Source: Chloroflexota bacterium
GTDB taxonomy: Bacteria; Chloroflexota; UBA6077; FW602-bin22; JAMCWG01
Reading direction: 5' to 3'
Length of the DNA stretch: 64,000 bases
NCBI GenBank assembly: GCA_023475235.1
Contig: JAMCWG010000129.1
Span: forward strand, 1,724-65,723
Part shown: one piece after another, positions 11,163 to 20,280 of the stretch
Position numbering within the stretch: the stretch's first letter is position 1
Layout: every line of letters starts with the position of its first letter
The notes under the pieces: generated by a model
Seen by the model: the letters and a program-made list of their open reading frames with translations, nothing else
Database searches by the model: none
Told to the model about the DNA's origin: nothing
Position numbers and translations under genes: made by a program

Positions 11163-11262
11163 GCGCGGCGCCGTGTCCTTCCTGGGGAGACCCTGCCCGA
11201 AAACAGTTGGGATGGAAGGCCTGGGACTGCCTCAAGCCCCGAGCGAGTCACCGCCCTTGTTC

Positions 11263-11281
11263 AGAGGCCGGCCCGGCCTCT
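11263..11281. terminator. GC-rich palindrome between convergent uxuA and the small minus-strand ORF
   Basis: agaggccgg-c-ccggcctct. Lies 15 nt after the stop of the 11296-11451 ORF and 100 nt after the uxuA stop. Confidence 0.4.
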
Positions 11282-11295
11282 TGGTCGCTGACCTG

Positions 11296-11451
11296 TCAGC
11301 AGCCGGGCTCCCGGGGATGCCCGCAGCAGGCGCTCAGGGTCCGCAGCCGGATCCAGTTGTTACGGGCCAGCAGCCGAAGCTTCCGGCGCCAGGGCATCGG
11401 CGACCGCAGGTTGGTGAGGTATATGCCGAAGCTGCCGCGATTACGCATCAT
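11296..11451 (-). CDS. small basic Cys-rich protein (51 aa), unknown function
   Basis: Absent from the ORF track because it is under 60 aa. My translation: MMRNRGSFGIYLTNLRSPMPWRRKLRLLARNNWIRLRTLSACCGHPREPGC. 45 of 51 codons end in G/C. GGAGG lies 13 nt upstream. Same strand as pmbA and 104 nt downstream of it, followed by a hairpin. Confidence 0.5.
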   Translation of the reverse strand: MMRNRGSFGIYLTNLRSPMPWRRKLRLLARNNWIRLRTLSACCGHPREPGC

Positions 11452-11555
11452 CGTTCGTCACTTCCCTCCAGTCACCTCTATCCGAACGGGTTGCAGGGCC
11501 CTGACCGCCGGTATGCACCGCCATGATTTGCCTGGCAAGCCAGCGCTCCAGCCCC

Positions 11556-12887
11556 TCAGTGCTCGGTGACGCCGGTGAAGCGAAAGCTCGAGACCTTGAT
11601 GGCCGGGACGCGCGTGGCGGCGTAGCCGTTGTAGCCCAGCCTAGTGGCGCGAGAGAGCATCTCCACCCGGCTCATCGCGTCCAGATAGCTTTCGGTGAAG
11701 CGAAGGTTCTTCACCGGCCGGGTCACCTCGCCTCTTTCGATGAGGAAGGTGCCGTCCCGCGTCATACCCGTGATCACGGCCCGCAGCGGCTCCACCGGGC
11801 GGGTGTACCAGAAGCGGGTGACCAGCAGCCCGCGGTCCACCGAGGCGATCATCTGCTCCCTGGTCGCCTCGCCCGGCTCCAGGAATTGATTCATCGGGTA
11901 GGGACCCCAGGAGTTAGGGGCCGGCAAGGCGTGCCCGGTGGACTGCTTCCCATCCCGTCCGGCGGTGTACGAGTCGTAGGCTACCCCCTGCGCCATTCCA
12001 TCTTCAATTATGTCGAGATGTCGCTTCGGCACACCTTCGTAATCGAAGGGCATCGGCACGCCCGTCCGATCGAGGGCATCGTCCCATATGCTGATGTTGC
12101 CGCCCATTATCCGCTCGCCCAGCCGCATAAAGCTGCGGCCTTCCTGCAAGGCCAGGGCGCTGAAGCCCAGGTAGGCCAGGTTATCCAGCATGTCGCCGAC
12201 GGCGTAGCTTTCCAGCACCACGGGATACTCTCCCGGCGCCAGGTCGGCCGGCTGCCGTCCCCGCAGGGCGCGCTCGATGGCTTCCCGGCCGAGCGCCTCG
12301 GCGTCCACGCTGTTCGCATCCATAGATACGAACTCGGCGTACCCGGAGCTGGATTCCGACATCACGGTGGCGTTGAGCTCGGCTAGAGCGCTGGCGTAGT
12401 AGGCGCTCACGCCCAGCGAGTTCGCCACTGCCACCTCGTAGCGGCCGGTCTGGAAGGCACCGGCGGCGGACAGCCCGGCCTCGGCCGCCAGCCGGCACAC
12501 AGCGGCGGCCCAGCGGGCGCGGCCCTCCGGCCCCCACTGGGCCGTGCACTCGAAGTAGGCGGCCACCGTGGCGATCGGCTCCGGCGGCGGCAGCGATTTG
12601 AAGTCTCCATTTTCGGCCTGGAAGCGGGTGATCTCTCTGGCCGTCTCCACTACTCTGGCTATCCCGCCGCTGCTCACGTCGTGGGTGCTCGCCACGCCCA
12701 CCCGCTTGCCCAGCACCGTGCGCACCCGCAGCTCGGCATTGGTCTCCGCCACGTTCTGATGGATGGCGTTGTTGGCGAAGCGGGTCAGCCCGCTGTCCTG
12801 GGCCAGCAGGAGCACCTCCGTCTGGTCGGCGGTCGACAGGGCCAGGGCCTGCTGCAGCGTAGCGAGCGAATGTTCTTGTCCCAGCAT
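11556..12887 (-). CDS. pmbA: TldE/PmbA family metalloprotease subunit
   Basis: 443 aa with PmbA/TldD-family sequence along the full length. Lies 10 nt downstream of tldD on the same strand. Confidence 0.88.
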   Translation of the reverse strand: MLGQEHSLATLQQALALSTADQTEVLLLAQDSGLTRFANNAIHQNVAETNAELRVRTVLGKRVGVASTHDVSSGGIARVVETAREITRFQAENGDFKSLPPPEPIATVAAYFECTAQWGPEGRARWAAAVCRLAAEAGLSAAGAFQTGRYEVAVANSLGVSAYYASALAELNATVMSESSSGYAEFVSMDANSVDAEALGREAIERALRGRQPADLAPGEYPVVLESYAVGDMLDNLAYLGFSALALQEGRSFMRLGERIMGGNISIWDDALDRTGVPMPFDYEGVPKRHLDIIEDGMAQGVAYDSYTAGRDGKQSTGHALPAPNSWGPYPMNQFLEPGEATREQMIASVDRGLLVTRFWYTRPVEPLRAVITGMTRDGTFLIERGEVTRPVKNLRFTESYLDAMSRVEMLSRATRLGYNGYAATRVPAIKVSSFRFTGVTEH

Positions 12888-12897
12888 CGTTGCCTCC

Positions 12898-14343
12898 TCA
12901 GCCTAATACGCCCACGCGGACCTTGCGGAAGCGGGCCGGTGCCGTGCCGTGGCCGACCCTGGCTATCTGCTCGGGCTGGCCCTTGCCGCAGTTCGGCGTC
13001 CCCCAGACGCTCCAGTGCTCCCGGCTGCATACCGTGTCGCATGATGCCCAGAACTGGGGGGTAATGCCCGTGTACGTGGCATTCTTGAGCATTCGGCCCA
13101 GCTTGCCGCCCTTGACCTCCCACGCGATCTCCGTGCCGAACTGGAAGTTCAGTCGCCGGTCGTCGATGCTCCAGCTCTTATTGGTCTGCATATAGATGCC
13201 CTCGTCGGTATCCGACACCAGATCGCCGAAGCTGCAGGTGCCCGGCTCCAGGTTGACATTGGTCATGCGGACGATGGGGATGCGGTTCCACCCATCGGCG
13301 CGGGCGGCGCCGCTGCTGGCCTGCCCCAGCCGGCTGGCCGTCTCCCGCGAGGTGAGAAAGCCAGCCAGCATCCCGTTCTGGATGATCGGATAGCGCTGCG
13401 CAGGAACGCCCTCATCGTCGTAGCCGTACGTGCCCAGGCCGCCGGGCACGGTGGCGTCGGCGATGATGCTCACCTGCTCCGAGCCGTAGCGGTAACTGCC
13501 CAGGTCCTCTGGCTTGAGGAAGCTCGTGCCGGCGAAGCCTGCCTCATATCCCAGCACGCGGTCCAGCTCGACGGCATGGCCGCACGACTCGTGCAACTGC
13601 AGGGCGAGCTGGGTAGCATCGAGGATGACGGTGGTGACGCCGGAGGGGCACTGAGGAGCCGTGAGCAGGGCCGCTGCCTCCTCGGCAATGCGAGGGGCAT
13701 TCCCCAGTAAGTCCATTTCCTGCACAATCTCGTAGCCGCCCGTGCCCATCTGGCGGCCAAAGCTGTTGGGATAGCTGCGCTTCTGCACATCGCCGTCGCC
13801 CACGGCCAGCGCCTCGATGCCCCCGCCGGTCATTGTGATCACCTGATCGATGTAGCTGCCCTCGGTGCTGGCGAAGGTCTTCGTCTCCCGCAGCGTCTCG
13901 AAGCCGGCCTCGGCCACGCCGATAGCCTTGACCCGGCGCATCGCCTCGTCCGCCGCCAGCAGCGCCTGTATCTTCTCGTCCAGGGATACGGCAAAAGGAT
14001 CGACCTTCGTGGGCGTATGGTACGAATCCGTGATGACAAGGGGCTGGCCGATCTCCATCGGCGCCAGTCGGACCCTGGTGCTCGCTCGGGCGATGCGCAG
14101 GGCCAGGCGGGTCGCCCTCTCGATCTCCTGCCCGTTCAAGTTGGAGCTGCTGGCGAAGCCCCACGATCCGTCCACCAGCACCCGGACCCCGAAGCCGAGA
14201 TCATCTCCCTGCGAGAGGGCCTCGACCCGGCCGTTCTTGGTGGCCACAGTCTGCGATTCCCGCCGCACCACGCGGATATCGGCGTATGAGGCGCCGCCCC
14301 CGCGCGCGACGTCCAGCGCCCTGGCGTACATATCTCTCATCAT
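12898..14343 (-). CDS. tldD: TldD family metalloprotease subunit
   Basis: 481 aa TldD-like, including the HExxxGH-like segment HESCGHAVE. AGGAGG RBS before the ATG at 14343. Confidence 0.9.
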   Translation of the reverse strand: MMRDMYARALDVARGGGASYADIRVVRRESQTVATKNGRVEALSQGDDLGFGVRVLVDGSWGFASSSNLNGQEIERATRLALRIARASTRVRLAPMEIGQPLVITDSYHTPTKVDPFAVSLDEKIQALLAADEAMRRVKAIGVAEAGFETLRETKTFASTEGSYIDQVITMTGGGIEALAVGDGDVQKRSYPNSFGRQMGTGGYEIVQEMDLLGNAPRIAEEAAALLTAPQCPSGVTTVILDATQLALQLHESCGHAVELDRVLGYEAGFAGTSFLKPEDLGSYRYGSEQVSIIADATVPGGLGTYGYDDEGVPAQRYPIIQNGMLAGFLTSRETASRLGQASSGAARADGWNRIPIVRMTNVNLEPGTCSFGDLVSDTDEGIYMQTNKSWSIDDRRLNFQFGTEIAWEVKGGKLGRMLKNATYTGITPQFWASCDTVCSREHWSVWGTPNCGKGQPEQIARVGHGTAPARFRKVRVGVLG

Positions 14344-14681
14344 TCTACCTCCTACAAACAGGATAGCATTCAGCTAGAAGGCTGGGCAACAGGAAGACGG
14401 CAAGCGGCCTTAGCACGGTCCGGGGCGACACCCGGGTCCGCCTCGTAGTACATGACAATTGACCCGAATCCGATCTGGGGCAAGCCTCCGAAGGTCGCTA
14501 CGTCAGAGTTGAAAACAGTGCTATCATGATTACGGACATAACCAGTTCGTGGAACTGGCCAGAAGGGAGGTGAGTTCGGAGGCGTAAACTGTAGATGATC
14601 ATGTAGTTGCCAGTTTGCAACAATCATTCGGCGCTTACCATGTCGTTTCGCGAAGTTGGGAACGATGGAAAGGGGAATGAA

Positions 14682-16334
14682 ATGCGAGGAAACGCTTATC
14701 TGGTGATTACTGTGTTGGTTGTGTTAGGCTTATTGACGGCTTGTGCCCCGGCCGAGCCCACGGTAGCCCCGCCCAAACCAGCGGCCCCTATCGCGCCAAC
14801 AGCGGCACCTGTCTCATCCACCACGGTGCCCGCCCCACCGCCGACATCCAAGATCAAACGGGGCGGTATCCTGCAGGCCGCCTACAACCTGGAATGGGCC
14901 CCTAACTTGGATCCCCACACTCTGAGCTCCAATCCAGTTGGCTTCGACTTGCTCTACGACACGCTCGTGCGTACCGCGCTAGATGTGAAGACTGGCAAGC
15001 GCACAATGCAGTCAGGGCTAGCCGAATCCTGGGAGCAGGCCACTCCCAAGACCATTGTGATGAAGCTGCGCAAGGACGTGACGTTCCAGGACGGCAGCAA
15101 GTTCAATGCCGAGGTAGCCAAGTGGAACCTGGACCGGATGGCGAACTACCCGAAATCCACAGCCAAGACGGATGTGGCCGTAATAGACAGCGTAGATGTG
15201 GTGGACGAATACACCCTGCGCGTTAACCTGAAGGGTGGTCCCGCTGGCATTCTCTACCGGCTAGGGGACGGGGTTTCTCAGCGACCCTGGATAGCCTCGA
15301 AGGCAGCAGTGGACCGCGACGGTGAAGAGGCCCTCACCCGCCGTTCGGTAGGAAGCGGCCCGATGCAGTTTGTGGAATGGGTGACAGGTGATCGCATCAC
15401 GGTCAAGAAGTGGGACAAGTACTGGGACAAGGGAGAGGACGGCCAGCCCCTCCCCTACTTGGACGGGGTCGTCATACGGGTTGTCCGGGAGGAGATAGTC
15501 GGGGTCAACGAGGTTAGGGCCGGCAACTTGGACATCTTCTTTGGGCAGGTCGAGGCTCGGAACTTTGGCACTATCCGAGCCAACCCAGACCTCGAGCTGG
15601 TGGAGTACCCGTGGGTCGGGGATGTGAACTACTTGATCTTCAATATGAAGAAAGCCCCGTTTGACAGTCTCAAACTACGCCAGGCTGCGGCTTATGCCAC
15701 CGACCGCGAGGGCATGGCCAAGGCCCTCGGCTTAGGGTCTGGCGTCCCGACTTACTACTACTGGGGGCCGGGAGACCTGGGCTATGATGAGACGCTTCCC
15801 CGCTACAGTTTCGACATGAACAAGGCGAAGCAGCTGGTCAAGGAAGCAGGCTTCCCCGACGGCGTGGATGTGGTCGACGACTTCTTCCATGTCGAGGTGA
15901 TGCAGCGTACCGCCGAAGCCTTCAAGCAGACCTGGGATCAGGTAGGCATTCGCACAACCCTAAACGTGTCCGAGCGAACTGCCTTCGTGTCCAAGCTCCA
16001 AGCCGGCAACTTCCAAGTAGCCAACTCCATTCGGCAGTGGGGGGATTCGGATCCTGACGCCTACTCGAACCGGTTGACTTCCACCGGTCCCTTCAACTTC
16101 GCCCACTTCGAGAACACCGACTTGGACAAGTGTATGGAGGAGGGGCGGAACACGATCGAGGACGCAAAGCGGGCGGAGATCTACAAGCGCTGCCAGAGGA
16201 TCATCTATGAGCAAGTGCCTTACGATCAGATCTGGTTCACGCCCTATGCCCTAGTTGTGAACAAGAAGGTGAAAGGGTGGGAGCCCCAATTCTTCAGCCG
16301 GGTTCGACTGCGCCAGGCTTGGTTGGACAGATAA
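14682..16334 (+). CDS. ABC transporter substrate-binding lipoprotein, family 5 (peptide/nickel/oligosaccharide type)
   Basis: Start moved to the ATG at 14682 (GGAAAGGGGA RBS), giving signal peptide plus lipobox LTAC and then an Ala/Pro linker. Family-5 SBP body. Paralog of 39600-41273. No permease or ATPase genes adjacent. Confidence 0.85.
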   Translation: MRGNAYLVITVLVVLGLLTACAPAEPTVAPPKPAAPIAPTAAPVSSTTVPAPPPTSKIKRGGILQAAYNLEWAPNLDPHTLSSNPVGFDLLYDTLVRTALDVKTGKRTMQSGLAESWEQATPKTIVMKLRKDVTFQDGSKFNAEVAKWNLDRMANYPKSTAKTDVAVIDSVDVVDEYTLRVNLKGGPAGILYRLGDGVSQRPWIASKAAVDRDGEEALTRRSVGSGPMQFVEWVTGDRITVKKWDKYWDKGEDGQPLPYLDGVVIRVVREEIVGVNEVRAGNLDIFFGQVEARNFGTIRANPDLELVEYPWVGDVNYLIFNMKKAPFDSLKLRQAAAYATDREGMAKALGLGSGVPTYYYWGPGDLGYDETLPRYSFDMNKAKQLVKEAGFPDGVDVVDDFFHVEVMQRTAEAFKQTWDQVGIRTTLNVSERTAFVSKLQAGNFQVANSIRQWGDSDPDAYSNRLTSTGPFNFAHFENTDLDKCMEEGRNTIEDAKRAEIYKRCQRIIYEQVPYDQIWFTPYALVVNKKVKGWEPQFFSRVRLRQAWLDR

Positions 16335-16349
16335 TCGGAGGGATGGCAT

Positions 16350-17405
16350 ATGCAAAAACTGGGTATCGGCGTAATCGGCACTGGGCTGCTGGGCGAGCGC
16401 CATACCCGGGTCTATTCCGAGATGCCCAATGTCAGGGTCGTAGCCGTGGCCGAAGTCCGCGAGGACCGCGGCAGAGCTGTCGCCGCCAAGTACGGGGCCA
16501 GGTGGTACAGCGACTACAACGAAATGCTGAAGGATCCGCGCATCCGGGCGGTGAGCGTGGTCACTCCTGATCACGCTCACAAAGACCCTGTGATCGCCTG
16601 CCTGCAGGCCGGCAAGCACGTTCTCGCCGAGAAACCCATCGCCACCACGCCTGAGGACACGGAGGCGATGCTGCGCGCAGCCCGCGACACTGGCCTGATC
16701 TTTATGGTGAACTACAGCCAGCGGCTGGTGGCCGAGCACGCCTGGATCAAGCGGGTAATCAATGCCGGCGAGATCGGCGGGCTGCGCATGGCCCAGTCCT
16801 TCAAGCACGACCGCATCTCCGTGCCCACGGATATGCTCCGGGGCTGGTCTGCCCACTCCAGCCCAATCTATTTTATGAGCAGTCACGATATTGACCTCGT
16901 CCAGTGGTACATCGGGGCCGCGCCGGAGGAGGTCAGCGCCTATCAGACGTCCGGCGTCCTGAAGAAGCTAGGCTTCGACACCATGGACGGGATTCAGGCC
17001 CTGGTGAAGTTCGCCAACGGGGCAGTAGTCATGTTTCATTCCTCATGGATCCATCCGAACTTCTTCCCCACCCTCACCGATAATTACATGGAAATCATCG
17101 GCGAGAAGGGCACCATCTATTTGAAAGAGCGCCGGGCCGGTATGTACAACGACACCGGCGGGCAGGTCGTCGACTTCACCGGGCCGGCTACTGCCACCGA
17201 GGTGCAGGGCCGGTTGCTGGGCGCCTTCCGCGACTCGCTGGAGCAGTTCGTCAACAGCATAGGCACGGGTACAGAGCCGATGACCTCGGCCGCCAAGACC
17301 GCGGTCGTGTCCGCCATCCAGTTCGCAATCCACGATAGCCTGAAGGAAGAGCGGCCCGTTAAGACGGGCGGGTATCTGGCCCGCTTCGATGCTGCCAGCC
17401 GATAG
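16350..17405 (+). CDS. Gfo/Idh/MocA family oxidoreductase
   Basis: 351 aa. N-terminal GIGVIGTG Rossmann fold and EKP motif. GGAGGGA RBS. Confidence 0.88.
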   Translation: MQKLGIGVIGTGLLGERHTRVYSEMPNVRVVAVAEVREDRGRAVAAKYGARWYSDYNEMLKDPRIRAVSVVTPDHAHKDPVIACLQAGKHVLAEKPIATTPEDTEAMLRAARDTGLIFMVNYSQRLVAEHAWIKRVINAGEIGGLRMAQSFKHDRISVPTDMLRGWSAHSSPIYFMSSHDIDLVQWYIGAAPEEVSAYQTSGVLKKLGFDTMDGIQALVKFANGAVVMFHSSWIHPNFFPTLTDNYMEIIGEKGTIYLKERRAGMYNDTGGQVVDFTGPATATEVQGRLLGAFRDSLEQFVNSIGTGTEPMTSAAKTAVVSAIQFAIHDSLKEERPVKTGGYLARFDAASR

Positions 17406-17412
17406 CGGGCGG

Positions 17413-17455
17413 CGCAGACAACCGCGATGCGGATAATGCATCGCGGTTGTCTGCG
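17413..17455 (+). terminator. perfect 18-bp stem hairpin after the Gfo/Idh/MocA gene
   Basis: cgcagacaaccgcgatgc - ggataat - gcatcgcggttgtctgcg, starting 8 nt after the stop codon. Confidence 0.6.
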
Positions 17456-17645
17456 TTCCCGTTGGTCTAATCGGGATTCTATGTAGATTCCACCTTCTTG
17501 GCTTTCGCAGCCGGTACCTCTTGGCAGCGAGAGCAAGTTTCAGACCATCGAGACTGCTTGACGGGCACCCCAGCGACAGGTAATCTGTGATGTAGGCAAT
17601 CTGCAGGGCTGGCGGACGAGCCCGCTGGGCAACGGGAGGAGCGAG

Positions 17646-18476
17646 ATGTTGGAGAAAGTCCCTTATGGCAACACCGGACTAACGGTCACGCGGCTGTGCT
17701 TCGGGACAGGGCAGATGGGGCACAGCCGGTTCAAGACACCTATCGACGAGGGAGCGCGTCTCATCCGCCTGGCCTACGACCTGGGTGTCAACTTCTTTGA
17801 CACCGCGTTATCTTACGGCACCCATCCTCACGTGGCCCACGGACTGCGGGGGACCGACCGTAGTCGGGTGGTCATCAGCACCAAGACGAACGCGAAGACC
17901 CGCGCCGACGCCGAGGCCCAGATCGAGATGGTGCAGGAAGAGCTGGAGACCGATTATGTCGATGTCTTCCTGATGCACAGCGTGCGCACGGAGGCCGACT
18001 ACGAGGCCCGCCAGGGGGTGCTGGAGGCACTCTGCCGGGCAAAGGAGCGCGGCATTACCCGCCACGTCGGGGCCAGCAGCCACATCTACTCCGGGCAGGT
18101 GATGCGCCGCCTCATCGACGATCCGCGCATCGAGGTGATTCTCACACTGGGCAGCAAGGATATGCTCGGGCTGCGAGGGGCCACCCCGGACCAGCAGCGG
18201 GCCTTCATCGCCGAGGCGGGCGGCAAAGGGAAGGCCGTCTGCCTGATGAAGGTCCTGGGCGAGGGCCGGCACGCCGCCGACGCCGAGGAATGCATGCGAG
18301 CGGCCCTGGCGATACCGGGCGCGGCCGCTTTCACCGTGGGGATGGTGAACGAGGCACAGGTACGCATGGCGGTGAAAGTGGTGGCAGGGGAGCCGGTGCC
18401 CGAGGACCTGCGCTCAGCCGCCCTCAAGGGCGCCGAGGTGGAATGGGCCCGCACCTTTCCCGATCATTACGACTGA
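17646..18476 (+). CDS. aldo/keto reductase
   Basis: 276 aa. AKR N-terminal pattern (LGNTGL.V..L.FG, FFDTA..YG). GGGAGGAG RBS. Confidence 0.85.
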   Translation: MLEKVPYGNTGLTVTRLCFGTGQMGHSRFKTPIDEGARLIRLAYDLGVNFFDTALSYGTHPHVAHGLRGTDRSRVVISTKTNAKTRADAEAQIEMVQEELETDYVDVFLMHSVRTEADYEARQGVLEALCRAKERGITRHVGASSHIYSGQVMRRLIDDPRIEVILTLGSKDMLGLRGATPDQQRAFIAEAGGKGKAVCLMKVLGEGRHAADAEECMRAALAIPGAAAFTVGMVNEAQVRMAVKVVAGEPVPEDLRSAALKGAEVEWARTFPDHYD

Positions 18477-18486
18477 CCGGACAAGA

Positions 18487-18516
18487 CGGTAGTGACGAAT
18501 GAATTCGTCACTACCG
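18487..18516. repeat. REP-like palindrome, family B (GGTAGTGACGA...TCGTCACTACC), copy 1
   Basis: cggtagtgacgaat-ga-attcgtcactaccg: perfect 14-bp arms. Lies between convergent genes, so it is a likely bidirectional terminator. Confidence 0.65.
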
Positions 18517-18539
18517 CTACACTACACTTCTGGACGCCC

Positions 18540-18565
18540 GCAGTGACGAATGAACCCGTCACTGC
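18540..18565. repeat. REP-like palindrome, family B, copy 2
   Basis: gcagtgacg-aatgaacc-cgtcactgc: 9-bp arms. Shares the core AGTGACGAATGAA with copy 1. Confidence 0.6.
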
Positions 18566-18583
18566 GATTACTTTTACTTCTTT

Positions 18584-18919
18584 CTATTTCTTGACTTCCG
18601 ATTCCTCGACCATGATGATGGCTTTTTCCGGCTTGACCGGGCACTCGGTTGAGCAGATGCCGCAGCCCTTGCAGTGCTCGTAGTCAATGCCGATCACCTT
18701 GCGGTTCTCGGTCCGGATAGCGGAATCGGGGCAGTACACCCAGCAGAAAAAGCACTGGATGCACCGATCGGGATGAAAGATCGGGCGAGAAGTGCGCCAG
18801 TCGCCGGTCTCGTACTTCACGCTGCTGCCCGGCTCAAGGATCACACCCGCCGGCGGCATCTCGCGCCAGCCCATCTTCTTTTCCTTGGTGGGCACGCTGG
18901 TGTCTTTCTTATCGCTCAT
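18584..18919 (-). CDS. PorD-like 2x[4Fe-4S] ferredoxin (2-oxoacid:ferredoxin oxidoreductase delta-subunit family)
   Basis: Two CxxCxxCxxxCP motifs (CIQCFFCWVYCP, CKGCGICSTECP) and a TGDWR segment typical of PorD. The internal Met at 18874 (MGWREMPPAG) may be the true start. Confidence 0.8.
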   Translation of the reverse strand: MSDKKDTSVPTKEKKMGWREMPPAGVILEPGSSVKYETGDWRTSRPIFHPDRCIQCFFCWVYCPDSAIRTENRKVIGIDYEHCKGCGICSTECPVKPEKAIIMVEESEVKK

Positions 18920-18973
18920 ATCTGCTTATAACAACCTCATCGTTATTGATTGTAGCCGCCTCTCAGCGCAGAC

Positions 18974-19002
18974 ATTGTATCAGAATGGGCTCTTCCAGGC
19001 AA
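18974..19002 (-). promoter_or_regulatory. candidate sigma-70 promoter for the PorD-like gene
   Basis: The minus strand reads TTGCCT - 17 nt - TACAAT. Confidence 0.3.
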
Positions 19003-19028
19003 ACCAGGCCCGGAGTTTCACCTTGGCT

Positions 19029-19058
19029 TTGAACCAATGCGTATTGCTGTGGTAGACT
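19029..19058 (+). promoter_or_regulatory. candidate sigma-70 promoter for mdh
   Basis: TTGAAC - 18 nt - TAGACT with a TG at the extended -10 position. Lies about 140 nt upstream of the mdh start. Confidence 0.3.
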
Positions 19059-19198
19059 GACGTCGGACCGAGCATTGCGGCCGCGCTTCGATCGGCGTGG
19101 CCGGACGGCTGCGCCCGCATCTGGCCGAGATAGGTCGCAGCCAGAGGGGCACGGGCCGGCCGGGGTCTAGCAATCAACGGTGAAACGGGAGGTCTATT

Positions 19199-20107
19199 GT
19201 GAACAAGGTGAAGGTGACTGTAGTCGGGGTGGGGAACGTCGGCTCTTGCGTCGGTTTCGTGCTGGCCCAGCGGGCCGTGTGCGATGAGATTGTATTGGTG
19301 GACATTCGGACCGAATGGGCTATCGGGCAAGCCCTCGATATCGTTCAGTCGGTAGCCTTTTCCAATGACTGCCACGTAAAGGCCGGACCGCTCGAAGAAT
19401 GCGAAGGCTCGGACGTGGTAGTGATTGCTGCTGGAAAGGCGCGCAGCCCGGAGATCAAGACACGGCTGGACCTGGCCGCTAACAATGCCCAGGTGATACG
19501 CAGTATCTGTCCAACCATCAAAGAGAAATGTCCAAATGCCGTGATCATCACTATCAGCAATCCGATGGATGTTATGAATTATCTGGTCTGGCATCTCACC
19601 GGCTTCCCCCGCCAACGAGTGGTGGGCAGCGGCGGGATGCTCGACTCCTCCCGGGCCTGCTGGATGCTGGGGGATGGGAAGTCCACCTCAATCGACTGCT
19701 TTGTGCTTGGGGAGCACGGCGATGGCCAGGCACCGGTCTTCAGCCGCGCCAGGCGCGACGGTGCGCCCATCACTCTGCCCCCGGCGGAAAGACAGCGAAC
19801 ATCGGAGGCGCTGCGAATGTCTTCGATGGCGGTTGTATCGCGCAAGGAGGCGACCACCTTCGCCCCGGCCGCCAACACCGTCTCGATGATCCAGGCCATC
19901 CTGGGCGACAAGAAGGTACTGATGCCTTGCTCGGCCATCCTGGACGGGGAGTACGGCCTGAAGGGGCTGAGCATCGGCGTGCCGGTGGTGCTGGGCCGGG
20001 GCGGCATCGAAAGGATCGAGCAGTGGGACCTGGACGAGTTTGAACGCGAGCGGTTCTACCGCGGCGCCAGAGTGTTGCAGGATATGTGCCGCAGCCTCAC
20101 CCAGTGA
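19199..20107 (+). CDS. mdh: LDH-like malate dehydrogenase (lactate/malate dehydrogenase family)
   Basis: GTG start after GGGAGG. GVGNVGS Rossmann fold and GEHGD motif. Arg (not Gln) at the substrate-discriminating position in GKARSPE favours malate. The sequence is divergent. Confidence 0.75.
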   Translation: MNKVKVTVVGVGNVGSCVGFVLAQRAVCDEIVLVDIRTEWAIGQALDIVQSVAFSNDCHVKAGPLEECEGSDVVVIAAGKARSPEIKTRLDLAANNAQVIRSICPTIKEKCPNAVIITISNPMDVMNYLVWHLTGFPRQRVVGSGGMLDSSRACWMLGDGKSTSIDCFVLGEHGDGQAPVFSRARRDGAPITLPPAERQRTSEALRMSSMAVVSRKEATTFAPAANTVSMIQAILGDKKVLMPCSAILDGEYGLKGLSIGVPVVLGRGGIERIEQWDLDEFERERFYRGARVLQDMCRSLTQ

Positions 20108-20280
20108 GCCGCCAGCAGCGGGACACCGCGGGATGGCTGTACAAAGCCGCCTTTCTTTCATATCGTCTCCAACGAATTGCTCACCTTAAAGAGCGATGAC
20201 CCTTGCGCAGGGTGCTACGAAGGTAGATTTTCATAGCACCCTACCCTTGCGCCGCCCTATGGTAAAGCGGCAAGGAACTG

